Notes: generated from the letters alone by a model not told the origin. A stretch of DNA of 64,000 nucleotides from Hormiphora californensis (GCA_020137815.1 CM035353.1:434001-498000), one strand, 5' to 3'; counted from the stretch's first letter, positions 12,549 through 25,913 are shown. Program-made: numbers and translations.

Positions 12549-13760
12549 ATGGCAGTCGTGAACCATCCTTCATTTGCATTACTACTTTGTACTGCACTTA
12601 TTGCAGCCGTTAGTGGTACGTAATATACAGCGTTATCTTATGGGCGACCTTTCTTCATAAAATATTTAAATATGTTATTCTTTTTTACTCGATTGATAGA
12701 TGGCATAGCACTCACACATTTCTCTGGATAATATTTTCGTAATATATTAACACGTCATTTACCATGATTTCCTTGGATTATAAGGTGCCAACGTCATTTG
12801 TACGGATTACGGAAAAGATATTGGTGGTGGCGGTGGAGGTATTGGAAACTATTATCAAGCTCCCATCCCCCAGAATTGTAAATCTAATGGCTGGTACCCA
12901 AACTTCCGCATTAAAAAGGCATCACCTTGCAAACCCGGGTGGAAAAAGTTTGAGGGAAAGTGCTACTCTGAAGTACAGATTCCTGGAAATAAGGTATACA
13001 ATGTATTAATAGCATGTATGCTATACATGCTATTTACATCATTTTAATTTCCTTTTAGTTTTTCATGGTGTAAAAATAAGCCATGTATCCCCATTCCCCA
13101 GTCCCCAAAGGGGGAAACAGTCGATGAATGAATATCGGGTTCACGGCTATTTACCACTAATACCTGAGATCTTAGGGTTCAGTGACGGCTATTTCAGGGA
13201 AATACTCAGGGAATAGCCCTGAGATCTCATTGGTCTCACTCTCAGGGGTGAAAATCCGTGAACCTTCGAGATTCAGGCACGACTGTTTCCCCCTATAAAG
13301 TAGACCAGGTATATTCAGTGCTTTAATTAATATATTTCTAATTATAACTAATTTACAGCAAAAGACACCTAGAGAGGCGGAGGAGCTGTGTAATAGAGAT
13401 AACGGGCATATGTTTGTACCCTCCAGTATCAAGGAGATCAAATGGATCAGAGCGAACACTAAAGCTATCCAAACCAGCTGGACCCACATGGGCTTTTTCT
13501 GCGCTCGGCCGGGTTTCTTTGGCCAGCCCAAGAACAAGGTCAGGGTAAAGCATGTCTATGCAGTAACTGGTGAGGACACACGATCATTTGGACCAAGAAT
13601 GAAGGAAATAGGATTCAACAGTGGTGGTGGTGTGCAACCAGGTAATCACGAGCACAAATGTAGTCAATGGGATGCACGCAGCCACGAACTGGGAAAACAT
13701 TGGTGGCTGGGAAACTGTCGCGAACGTCAGCCGTGGTTCTGTGAAGCATTCGATGGCTAA
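12549..13760 (+). CDS. Secreted C-type lectin domain protein, ~225 aa (exons 12549-12615, 12785-12993, 13359-13760)
   Basis: Signal peptide MAVVNHPSFALLLCTALIAAVSG. CTLD motifs CKPGWKKFEGKCY, TPREAEELCNRDNGHMFVPSSIKEIKWI, QPGNHEHKC and WWLGNCRERQPWFCE. Splice phases are consistent. Confidence 0.85.
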
Positions 13761-14097
13761 ACAACCAATCAGAACTCGTTATTTAGGTCACGTGACTGGT
13801 TATCAGCCAATCAGGGACCAGTATTTCCTAAAAGAAATGGTTTCCGTTTCCTGCAGTAACATCACTTATTTTTTCCCCTTTGAAACGCTGTAAACAATGT
13901 GTTTTCCCTGCTTATTTTTCACACTTATCACATCAACGATGTTATATATATATTATATATATATATATATTAATATATATCTATAGATCTCAAATCCATC
14001 CCCAAAACAGTAAATTCTGTATGGGGATAGATGATCGATATATCACTGCACTGGCAAGTGCCCAAGAGCATCCCCCGCCAGCTGAAGTTTGCACCAA

Positions 14098-14728
14098 TGA
14101 GGGAAATCATACGACTCTTACTGCAGTTAGCGACAATCGAGAAAACAGATAGCATAACTCTTTTAAGCGACAGTGCTGTGTAATTTCTCAAAACTCTTAT
14201 TCTTAGTGAGCAACAGGGAAAAGAATTGGGGAGAGAAAGTGAGAGACAGGGTGCCCCCTTGAGAGAGATTATCTCGCGCGGCGCATTGGCACGTGCGGTT
14301 TGGGCGCTGGCAGGCTTTTACATGTTGCAACATGTAAAAGCCTGCCAGCGCCCAAACCGCACGTGCCAGAGCGCCGCGCGTTACTATCTTGCTCTCTCTC
14401 ACTCACTAGCTGCATTCTGATTGGCTGTTATCGATCACATGTACGCAGTCACAGGCTATCCCTGTGCACTAGGACTTATCACGTGACCTTTCACGTGACC
14501 AGATTCTGTGATCCCCGGTCAGTTAAGAGTTTTAAGAGTTTATACGTCGCTAAGTAGCGGCGCTTACGACACAAGAGAATGGAATCACCATTCTCTTACT
14601 CTTGATATCTCTTACAAGAAAATAAGAGTTATTTTGGAAAACAGTCAGCACCTGTCGCTTACTCCAGTAAGCGATTGCGAAATCAATCAGCACCTGCTAA
14701 CTTCAGTAAGAGTCGTATGATATCCCTC
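14098..14728. mobile_element. Non-autonomous TIR element with an internal ~105-bp palindrome (14275-14380)
   Basis: TIR GAGGGAAATCATACGACTCTTACTG / CAGTAAGAGTCGTATGATATCCCTC with AAT on both flanks. Confidence 0.7.
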
Positions 14729-14849
14729 AATGTTACTTTTAACTACATACAAGGTTTAGAGTTTAGAGTTTAAAGTCTCATTACCAAATTCCAAATTAAC
14801 TGGCTAGAAAGGCTCGAAAACGGTTCAAAAACGGGGGGGGGGGACAATT

Positions 14850-15364
14850 TAGAGTCTTTCCAGGGACATTTTTCTCGAAAATTTGAGTCCAAAAAAACAC
14901 ATCCAATCACCATAAGGGACCAGTTAGAGATTTTACTACTAGAGCCAGGTTCTTGATGCCAGAAAACTGCTGACACTGCTGACACTGTCGCGTGCGCTAC
15001 TTTCAATGCAATTCACATTCGAAATCCCTGCTAGTCATCGAAGATGTCGCGCGCAGCATGGTTCATAAGGATTCTCCCAGCTAACTCCTGGTGCTAGTTT
15101 CCAATACTGGTGCCAGTTTCCAATCTGCAACTGGAGCGTAAAACTTTGGGATTGACATAGAAAATACCCAAAAACATTTAGCAAAGTCTCAGCACCAGCA
15201 AAAATTCCTTCTGATAGTTTGATGCCAAAAACACACTTCCAGGTATTAGACTTAGAGCTCCGGAAACACCAGGAACCTTGAATGAGGGTATAGAATAGTC
15301 CAAGTATGAAGTTTCCTGTTTCATAAGCTAATCGCTTGTAAAGATCCCACATGAACATCCTGTA
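14850..15364. mobile_element. Partial, interrupted copy of the Tc1-type MITE at 20133-20769
   Basis: Shares ...GGATTGACATAGAAAATACCC...CGCTTGTAAAGATCC..ATGAACATCCTGTA with that element. Confidence 0.7.
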
Positions 15365-15683
15365 TGTACAGTATAAAGTGTATGTTGTGCCTCTGGCTCT
15401 AGCTCTGAACAATCATTAAACACCGTGGTGTGCGAGTGTGAGAAAGATTTGGAAAATGGCAACATTTAAATTTTCTCACGTTTCAGGTGGTGGCATGCTC
15501 TTTTAAATGTACGTTTTGGATGTCACAACATTTTACTATTCTAAGTTATTTCTTGTCGTTAAATGCTTGCGGTACACAATTAACGACTATGCAACCAACC
15601 CGGTGTGATTGTGATCGATGCTTCGAAGAAATTGCTTCGAAGATCTCGGTGTGATCCCGTCGTAATAATAACTGGTAATACTT

Positions 15684-16779
15684 TTAAGCAAAGATGGGAC
15701 TGTACCCAAAAATATCATAATCAAGTGTATACAATTCATTCAACTGCCTTTGTTTCTCCCTACTTAACTGTTTTATATACACCTGCACTGCTTGCTCTAT
15801 CGAGGTGCCCGATGAGATTGCGTTAGCGTTTGTAGATAGTAACTGATCACTGTATTTAGTTAGCCCAAGCTGTGAGACTAGCAGGAACCGACCGACACAA
15901 GTAAACAACCAATCAGAACTCGTTATTTAGGTCACGTGACTGGTTATTAGCCAATCAGGGACCAGTATTTTCTGATTCGGTCGGTTCCTGGTGACATTTG
16001 TCAGAACGATCTAGATTATGTGGTTAAATTGGAGAACGGCGAGACAGAGCTACCTTATAAGGTAGCTCTGTCTCGCCGTTCTCCAATTTAACCACATAAT
16101 CTAGATCGTTCTGACAAATGTCCGTTCTTATCGCACTTGCCGTCCAGTGATCGTTGTTCCACTTTTTATCGTTCCTCGACTTGGCATACAGGATCCAATC
16201 GACCATCTCGGTGAAGGTCGGTAGAACAAGATAAAGATTACCAGGTGACCCGTTTACAGGGTTTCCATTGTAGCCATTTATCCAACTCCTCGCCAAATAC
16301 TCTCTGCTGATCTCTAGATATGTTTCCCGATCGTGCGTGAAAGATTGTTGGTTTTATCCAGGCATTCCTGAATCCTGCCCTGTCGTCCTAGCTGACAAGC
16401 ACCTAAGCACCTTCCGGTAGTGAGATACTAGCCTGGAAAGTGGGTGCCGTATTATAGTAAACCGTTTCGTGTTTTCTGCCTCCTTCCTCCATACCCTCTT
16501 TTTGTCGCCCTTAACTAGACTCTCTGGAGAGAGCCACCGGTCATATATTCGCTCAAACCCGTCTTGACGACCCGTGTAATGTTCCGATGCACACGTGTTG
16601 ATAAAGAATAGCTTCCACGTGGTACTAGATGCTTTATAAACAGGAATACACGTGAGTTTTAGCTCGGGGAATGTGAACAAGTTGAACGCTTTAAAATTAG
16701 GATCACCCCTCTTTTTGCAGGCTGACTTAATGTGTTCAAGGCGTAGTACCCTCATGACCTGTCTGGCGCCGCGACCCAT
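15684..16779 (-). pseudogene. Sulfotransferase (Sulfotransfer_2 / CHST-like), disrupted
   Basis: 5'-PSB motif CIPVYKASSTTWK, 3'-PB motif RFTIIRHPLSRLVSHY, plus PTFTEMVDW, NDHW, DYVVKLE and the C-terminal LYTLDYDIFGY. There are frame breaks near 16400 and 16240 and a MITE plus hairpin insertion at 15882-16057. No N-terminal TM exon was found. Confidence 0.75.
15882..15990 (+). mobile_element. ~109-bp hAT-type MITE (copy 4) inserted in the sulfotransferase coding sequence
   Basis: Full TIRs CAGGAACCGACCGA / TCGGTCGGTTCCTG. Confidence 0.9.
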
Positions 16780-16959
16780 CTGAGCGCATTGAGAATCAAA
16801 TGGGGTATGGCGCCGCCATACAGCTCATAACCGATTCCGGGGTTTCAATACCATCCCCATAGTCTGAAGTTTCTTTTACAGCCGGCCGTGGTGTCTTGTT
16901 TTCCCATGGAGTTTCATTCAAAATATTTTCCACTAGAGTTTCATTCAAAATATTTTCCA

Positions 16960-17722
16960 CTAGAGTATCGTATCAAAGACTGTCATCCAGCATCGGAAAT
17001 ATTGTATGGTCACAGAAACTCTTGATATCGGTTGTGAAGGAGAAACATTGGTCATTTCACAAAATGGGAGTTGATATGTCGAGTGCCTTTGACACCACTT
17101 AGAGGCGAGTGCTGCTGAATATCCTACAGGATGCAGGGTGCAGTGAGGATGACCTTCGCCTGGTCAGGTGCATGCTAGCTGATAAAAGCCTAAGAGTGAG
17201 AGTTGATATCTGTCTGTCTGACGAGTTTAACGTTTCTATCGGAGCTTTTAAAGAAAACCTGCTCCCATGGTAGAGTGGGAATACGCTGACGATGTAGATT
17301 TCATCGACGAATCTGTCGACAACCTGACAGCCATGTTATGTTACCTATCTGCCACCTTTGTAAACCTAGAGCAGTCTGGGAACAAGGGCCTAGGATCTCC
17401 CTTGCTACTAGGCTCAAGATCTGTCAGAGCATTGGCATTACGTGGAGCGCGTGTGAACTGTGGTCAGAGCATTGACCCCATGACTACTCAAGATATACGA
17501 GCTGCGCAAGTGATATCAGTGCTGATATATGTATGCAACTACAGCAGTTGGGTGGCACAGCTAAACAAACACTGCACTCACTCGATGTATCTCACAGGAA
17601 CCACCATCATCAGGTTTCCTATATTAAATATTTGTATCTCCAACAATACCCTGTATCATCACAGCGAACATGTATCCCGGGCACGGTGGAAAATGTTCGG
17701 TCATATTCGCTGTATCATGTGA
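16960..17722 (+). mobile_element. Decayed non-LTR retrotransposon RT fragment
   Basis: GVDMSSAFDT (RT motif A-like), a stop codon, deletions, EYADDVDF (YADD) and RARWKMFGHI. Confidence 0.8.
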
Positions 17723-18710
17723 TATGATCAGAGGTAGACGGCACCAAACAAACCTCATCGACCATACCCGGCTACTTTTTTGTAAGTTGGTCCCTAATGA
17801 CATTGTTCAGCCGTGTGACACAATTTTAGTTTGATTGGAACCGCGGTTTAGTTTACCAGAATTACAAATTGTCTTGTGAGTTTACTGGATAAAATTAATG
17901 ACTAAATAAAGCACGTTTGATGGGGTAATTGTGTAACTAATTGATTAATTGTTTCACTAATTAATTGTTATGAATTAAAACCCCTACACACTGACAAGGA
18001 ACAGGGATATTGAAAAATAACTAATATTTAGAATGTAAAAACAACTAAAACTCTGCATGCATGTTATTATAGTTTGTCTCTCAATGTTAACAACAGCAGT
18101 CTTATCTAATGAGATGCAGTCTTATCTAATGAGATGCAGCAGATCCCAAAGATAGAAAAGCATTCTTTCCATTCTTTCAACCCATTTAGGTACCAACAAC
18201 ACTGTTTTTCCGTCGGTATGCTTTCCGTTATCCGTGTGACTAATACAGGTTGTGTCAAAAAAATCTAACATCTCAACTATAAGCTCTATATATTCAACAT
18301 ATAACAGCTGCTACAGCACTGATTTGTTGTTTTGTTCAAACCCGGTCGAGTAACGCAACCAATGCGTACTCCAGTAACGTCGGTGCAAACTTTAGCTGAA
18401 ATTTTCTCCGACATTACTGTACCATATATAGAATAAAGTTTATGTGGTACCTCAAAAATCATTAAAAACCCGTTTTTTATGGTTTAAACCCTTCAAAATA
18501 GGCTAGTGAAATCTCTATTCTCTCCCTCCTATCAATAAATAATAATGAAGTTTCTTTACCTCCTTTGCTCTCTTGCTATCTTTATCTCCCTTTAATACCT
18601 CTCCCTTTAATACCTCACAGTATGAGGTATTAAAGGGAGAGGTATTACATGGAGTCACACAATCGCAGTATATTTTCTCGCCAAATGGCGTCGCGTGTCA
18701 GTCTGAGGTA

Positions 18711-21700
18711 CTACATACGATTAAAGTGCGAACTGGGGTTGGCACCGAAAGTGTGGTCTGTGCTAGTGAGAACTGAATTTCGAGGCGAGAACTCCAGTGC
18801 GGTCGTCCCCCTTGGAAATCCGATGACTGTCTTTTCACACTCCGCACCCTGCTGCACTACAGATTTCAGTTTGTAGCTATCCTCTTTCTTGATCTCCATC
18901 TCATAGCGACTTTGGTTATCATGGTTACTGTCGGTTGACGGCTTGGTAACCACACATGGTCCCAGGGTGTTGGTGGCCTCAAGAAACATGGATGTGGTGG
19001 GAGGAGTTACCTCTGCAGTAGCGGTAGTGGGAGAAGTTTCGGGAGTTGGGTAACTGTTGTAGAATGATGGTCGAGCTGCTGGAAGAGTTTGGTAGCCGCT
19101 CAGATTGGTTAGGTGCGAGAATGGATGGGGCTCTTTTGCTGCAGTGACGATGGATCCTGATTCAACAGCTGATCTGAAGGGGGAGTAGCAGTTAGTAATT
19201 TGAAATGCCAAACACAGCTGTATGACGGCGCCATACCCCAATTTGATTCTACAGAGAATCGCTCAGATGGGGTCGCCAAACACTAACTTTAGTCGAAAAA
19301 GTATTTTTGGCTAACAATGTTAGTAACATACTCACATTCCAAAGCTCCAAAGAATGCAAATGTTTATCAGCAGGTTTATTTCATTAATGTTCTCACCTAT
19401 AGCTATTATAGGCGGAAGAGAGATAGGAAGTATCTGCACTGGTTACACTGGTTACTGGTAGTAAAGGAGAGGGAATTGAGGAAGCAACAGAGGAGTGAGC
19501 TGTAAACAGAAATGATCGTGGATCTGATGGCCACGTACATCGCCCACCAACTGAAAAAAGGGAATATTGTTACCGACACAAGTAAACAACCAATCAGAAC
19601 TCGTTATTTAGGTCACGTGACTCGTTATCAGCCAATCAGGGACCAGTATTTCCTGATTCGGTCGGTTCCTGATTGGTTATTAATAATCCCAGTGTCCATG
19701 AGTGTCCCCGTGCTGGCGATTACGTAAAAAACACTCAATAACTCACGTGCATTACCCACCCACTCTCTCCCCATCAACCCCCTTGACCACCAACCATATA
19801 CAACAACCCCTCAATTTGGACGTGTATTTGTGTGTCCAAGGATTTACAGTTAGATGATCATGTATTCTTACAATTACTGACCTCCCATTGAGGGTGAATA
19901 TAACATGCTGGTGAAGGGCACGGTTGCAGGGACTTCTGTACTCTTGGGGGCTGCAGCTGCGGTGGCCCATAAACCCGCCATGTAGGGTTGCCACTTCTCA
20001 AGCCCAGCCGCGGCAGCTCCAGGTTGATCCGTGGTGGCGAAGGGGCCGGTGCTGCATGGAGCGAGGTATGGAGTGCCGCGTACGGGCCGTCTCATTTTAC
20101 GACGCCTTCTAGCAGGACAGGGTGTTAAAATACTGGGTGTTCATTTTGGATCTTTACAAGCGTTGGCCTTCACCCAGAAAAAAGTTGACAAGATCAGGTC
20201 ATGAAACTTCGTACTTGGACCATTCTATACCCTCATTCAAGGTTCCTGGTGTTTTTGGAGCTCTAGCACCCCGGGAAGTGTGTTTTTGGCATCAAAACTA
20301 CCAGAAGGAATTTTTTGCTGGTACTGAGACTTTGCTAAAATGTTTTTTGGGTATTTTCTATGTCAATCCTAAAGTTTCATAGAGATTGGATGTGTTTTTC
20401 GGACTCAAAATTTCGATAAAAGTGGCTGGAAAGACTCGAAAACAGCTCAAAAACGGCTAAAATTGAGTCTTTCCAGCCACTTTTTACGAAATTTTGAGTC
20501 TGAAAAACACATCCAATCTCTATGAAACTTTAGGATTGACATAGAAAATACCCAAACAACATTTTAGCAAAGTCTCAGCACCAGCAAAAAATTCCTTCTG
20601 GTAGTTTTGATGCCAAAAACACACTTCCCAGGGTCCTAAAGCTCCAAAACCCCCAGGAACCTTGAATGAGGGTATAGAATAGTCCAAGTATGAAGTTTCA
20701 TGACCTAATCTTGTCAACTTTTTTCTGGGTGAAGCCCAACGCTTGTAAAGATCCAAAATGAACACCCTGTACTATTGTCTATTGTATACTAACCCACAAA
20801 ATCCTAGTATTATACCCAGTTACCTATAGTCTATTTCCAAAACGGGAAAACTTCCTGATTGAAAACTTACGAAGACCCCCCCCCCCCAAAACCCTCCCAC
20901 GCCCTGTTTGGTACACAGACCTGTAGTTTCCTTTTTCGAACATGTCCTCACAATTCTGGTCAAGCGTCCAGAAGTTTCCTTTCCGCTCACCACCCTCCCG
21001 GGGAACTTTTACGAAGCACTCATTCAGAGACAGGTTGTGACGAATACTGTTCTGCCACCCTGTATTATAAAGAGAAGGGTTGTCATACAAAATACATGTA
21101 CATTGTACATGTATTTTGTACATTGTACACATACTAAGAACAACATGTATACTTCTTACTATGTAAGATTTTATTATGCCTATAAGTTGTACCTGAAAAC
21201 TTATAACACGAGACCGAAGGTCGAGTGTTATAAGTGCAACAATAATGATCCGAGACCAGAGGTCGAGGCAGATTCTTGTACTTTAGTGCACGAGCCTGCG
21301 AGTGCCACTAAGTGTAACTACCTCACGAGCCTGCGAGTGATGTAGTTTTACTTTTTGACCGAGCCTGCGAGGTCTAAAAGTGTAAGAATCTGGGAAATTA
21401 TTGTTGACGTCAGGTACAACGAAAATATGCATAATAAAATTGCATTGTAAAATTTTTAAAACAAGAGTGAGAGACACTTTAGGGCGTAACAATAGAACGA
21501 ATTCATGATAAGGTAGCAGGCAGAGATATCAGTATAAGATAAGATAACGCCTGAGATAGGTAAAGAGATTGAGAGATTTAGTGAGATTTAGTGAGAGTGA
21601 GAGAGATAAAGAATGTGTGGGTCCGGGAGTTCGTAACTGTTATCTTGATCTCGGTGCTGCAACGGCTTGAGAGTGTGACATAAAGAAAGAGAAAGAGAGA

Positions 21701-22619
21701 GGGAGTTCGTACACTTTTATCTTTCTAACGGTTTTTAAGTGTGACATGGAAACAGTGGAGTTCTAAGTGCAGCGGTGTTATAAGTTTTCATGTATCACTG
21801 CTAGCAGTTATACATGAAAACTTATAACACTGCCAGCAGTTATACATGAAAACTTATAACACTGCGCAGTGTTATAAGTTGTACAAGCAGTGCTACCTAA
21901 CGAATTATATTATATCTCAAAATTTTACAATGTAAATAAGTTCATGGATTCTGTCTTACATATCAAAGCTCCAAAAATTGAAATCTTAAACTTACCTTTT
22001 TTGTTTTTCCGGTAGTAGGGGAATTTATCAATGATGTATTGGTAGATTTGGCTGAGGGCCAGTTTTTTATCTGCACTTTCCCTAATGGCCATGGCAATCA
22101 TTGCCACGTAACTGTAGGGAGGCTTCACTTCGCTGTTGTCTAGCGAGTTCGTCGTGCTGGAAACTTCACCCTGTGGCATGGTTTGTTGAGTCATTCAACA
22201 AGTCATATAGGAGAATAGTTTGGGATTGAATTATTATTTAGAATATATTAATTAGTTAATTAATAAGCGATCTAATTACCTGGTGGGATTGTGTTGGACA
22301 GGGACTGGGAGATTCTGTGGTTGTATCAATACAGTGTACACCATCACCAGCTTGGTTAGAGTTACTACACTGAAGGAAGCTACCTGAAACATGTAATACA
22401 TAACACAAACAGTAACACATACATGGGCGGCCATTGGGCGCGACGTGCTATAATAGTAGTAGTACAGTGATTTTAGTAAGGGTTGTGGGAAGTTGGGTCT
22501 GGAATTTTAAATTTGACCGCTATTCTCACCTTGAGCTCCATTGGTTGTTGTAATAGATGTTGGGACAGAAGATGCTACCGTGGAGGATTGCTCACAGAGA
22601 GAGGCCAGCCGGTCTCGGT
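18711..22619 (-). CDS. FOXL2: Forkhead box L2 (exons 22619-22530, 22383-22280, 22170-21996, 21059-20921, 20108-19882, 19454-19397, 19173-18711; first coding exon unresolved, possibly ~25025-24842)
   Basis: [44 protein letters not shown]|[46 protein letters not shown]|RRRKMRRP carries FoxL2-diagnostic residues ([29 protein letters not shown]). Exons join in frame. Confidence 0.88.
19572..19671 (+). mobile_element. hAT-type MITE (copy 5, 5'-truncated) in a FoxL2 intron
   Basis: Same ~109-bp family sequence. Confidence 0.85.
20133..20769. mobile_element. Tc1/mariner-type foldback MITE in a FoxL2 intron
   Basis: TA|CTGGGTGTTCATTTTGGATC ... GATCCAAAATGAACACCCTG|TA with ~300-bp inverted arms. Confidence 0.85.
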
Positions 22620-23010
22620 CTAGAAGGAGGAATTAATCAGACGTTATGGGATGAAATTGTGTTAAAATTCCTAGAATGAGGGAAAGAGATGAAAAATATG
22701 TTATGGTTTATTATGATGACTTTTAAAATGGTTGAGTAGCTACCTATCTTATCTGATTACAATTGGATATATGATCTCACCATTGTGAGAAAAGTAAATG
22801 AAATAGAGGCCGGGGATGTGTTGGACTGATAGCTTGGTTTATAGATACGGGGTGGTACCAGATAAATTAAATCTCCGATACTATCACGGTGAAGGTCGCA
22901 CGAGCTGTTTTAAAAAAGACACGCTACCATCCGATTGATGTCCTATTTTACCCTCTCTCTCATCCTCCTGCTTCCTCTCTATCCCTGATCGTCCATTATT
23001 TCTCCCTACC

Positions 23011-23275
<265 letters not shown>

Positions 23276-23987
23276 AATTTTGAAATAAGCACCCAAAACG
23301 ACTCATTTTTGGGGATTCCTGTAGCAGCTTCTATTTGATTAACACACGCGTTGTCAACATTAACTAGTATGATTAATTTAGAGATGCAGCAGTATTATAT
23401 AGAAGGTATTAACAGATGCCATTTATAAACACCCCCCTAAACGATGAAAGATGAAACATCATCACATTAAAGTTCCGTGAAAATTCCTAACTAAACTCTG
23501 ACTTATGAAATTTTTAGTTCTCTTTGGATCACATTTTCTTTAGCCTTGTTTAAATTATTTCACTCGGCTTTTGACGTCAACGCGGTGAAATATGTCGTGA
23601 CGTCAACAATTTGACAGCAGTGCAGCTGTTACGGATAAAACAACGTCATTTATTACGCGTAGCAAATGACGTTGTTTTACGAAATGACGTCATAAGATGT
23701 GACACTGACCACTGTGATCACTCATCGTGTAGACGTCAAAAACCAAAAGTGAACTTCGGTTAAACAAGTCTGATGAAAATAGGCCATAACTATAACAGCT
23801 GTCAGAACAGAATTGTAGTGAGCAAAAAAGGACTGAACTGAAACAAATGATATTATATTTCGTAGCCACACAAAAAATGCTTCAACTCAGATTTTGATCG
23901 GCCCATAGTTATTATTATACCCCGCCCCTCGTGACTAAAATCCCCAATTGTGGAATCAGATGCAGCATATATAAGCTTGGTGACATA

Positions 23988-24510
23988 GACACCTGGCGCG
24001 ACCGAGATTGAGCTCACACACAGGTGCCCGCTCGGCCCCAAAAAGGGTCGTTTCTTTCAAGGGATGTTGCACGCGATCCACTGGACCGATTTGCATCCGG
24101 TTTGTCGCAAAATACTACCAATTGGTCCTAATATACTGGAAAATACCCGAGAATTTTGTCTGTCAACAAGAAGTGGGTTAAAATTGACATTGAAGTCAAA
24201 TCTGTAATCTGACTTCCGAGAGTTTCTGCACCACGCCCATGCGGTTTAGAAGATATTGAGAGATATGTTGATGCAATTAGCATCAGCATTTGATGCCGGG
24301 TATTTTCCAGTACTCACAAGGCCTCAACCTATCTCCCAATATCTTCAGACTCAGTCTAAACCGCTCGGAAGTGGTGCAAAAACTCTCGGAAGCCAGATTA
24401 TAGATACGACTTCAGTGTCAATTTTGACCCACTTCCTGTTGACAGACAAAATTCTCGGGTATTTTCCTGTATATCAGGACACCTGTGTGCGGGGGTCGCG
24501 CCAGGTGTCT
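23988..24510. mobile_element. Non-autonomous inverted-repeat element
   Basis: AGACACCTGGCGCGACC...CACACAGGTG versus CACCTGTGTG...GGTCGCGCCAGGTGTCT, plus internal inverted arms (24140-24200 vs 24410-24475). Confidence 0.6.
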
Positions 24511-25594
24511 TTGTCACCAGCATATAAGTATAGGCATACAAAAAATGATAAAATGCTCTCGGGGTTGCCGACATGCCGTGCTACTTGGATCCATTGGGCA
24601 ATGCAACCTATTTTCGCGACCTCGACCTCACTCAGGTGTCAATGTCACCAACCGTGCTACCTAGTCCGACCCCATAAAGACCCCAATATGATATACATGG
24701 TGTCCACTACCCCATTGATTCTCCTAGTAACGGTTGGCGAGCTATATGGCGCAAAAACTGTGGTAGTTGTGTGAAAACAAACTATGGGAAAATGCTATAG
24801 ATTAATTCTAAGACACCATTTTGAATTGTATGAACTCTCACCTTGTGCAAAAGCTGATCTCCACGAGCCGAATATGCCGCTGGTCTGAAGGTGCTGCTGG
24901 TCATGTAGGTGACTGGATTGCTGGTACTGAACTGTACTGACCACGGGCCTGTTATTATACTGCTGAATATACCTCGGTAGTTGTTCATGTCGAGGAGATA
25001 ATGGGGCTGCTGCTGTACTGAACACGGACTCAATTACCGACCTCCTCCCTGCAACAGATGTGTTGTTGTGGGTCCCTCCCCCTGAGGTGGTGATCCCATG
25101 ATCATCACCGCTGGCGCCGGATAGACTGGTGGGTTTTGTTTATACAAGTGTGTTATTGAATGCCGATAGATCTACATGCATGCTGGATATTTGTTGATTA
25201 ATTTGCCCAAACAAACAGATAGAGATGTTATATGTTTGAGAGACAAACAAAAGACAATTACGAACTGATGTAAACATGCGAGATGGTGGGGCCGTTATAT
25301 ATTTGGGGGAGAGAGGGTCGGTGCAAGGACGACACAATAACCCGTGTTAGGGTTTCACGAACGGTCAGTAAATTCAGCGAGATCACGTGCATGGAAAATT
25401 GTGTTGTTGGTGAAAAGGGAAAGAGGGGGGAGAGAGTTAAAACACATTGTGAGAAAGAGAGATGAGGAGAGGAGAGAGAGATGACGAGAGGGGGAGAGAG
25501 AGGAGAAGAGAGAGGAGAGAGAGGGAGGGAGAGAGAGAGACAGAGAGGAGAGAGGGAGGGAGGGAGAGAGAGACAGAGAGGAGAGAGAGAGAAG

Positions 25595-25633
<39 letters not shown>

Positions 25634-25913
25634 AGGGTATATAGATGATCGCGTGTCTATAACGCGTTATAGTTTTGCCGGGCCCGGATTAATTACAAAG
25701 TATACGCAGAGAAAGAGAGAGAGGAAGAAGCTATAGAGAGAGTGGTGCATTATATGAAGCCTTGTCAAGTAGAGTGATACAAGATGGGGGGGGGAGGGGG
25801 GGTTAGTGGTCGGGTTTGAAGAAAATTAAACTAAATCCATCTCTAGAACGTCAGTTATATATCAAAAAGAACAGCTTAATAGCTGCCCCTGCTTGCACCT
25901 CCAGGATATCTTA

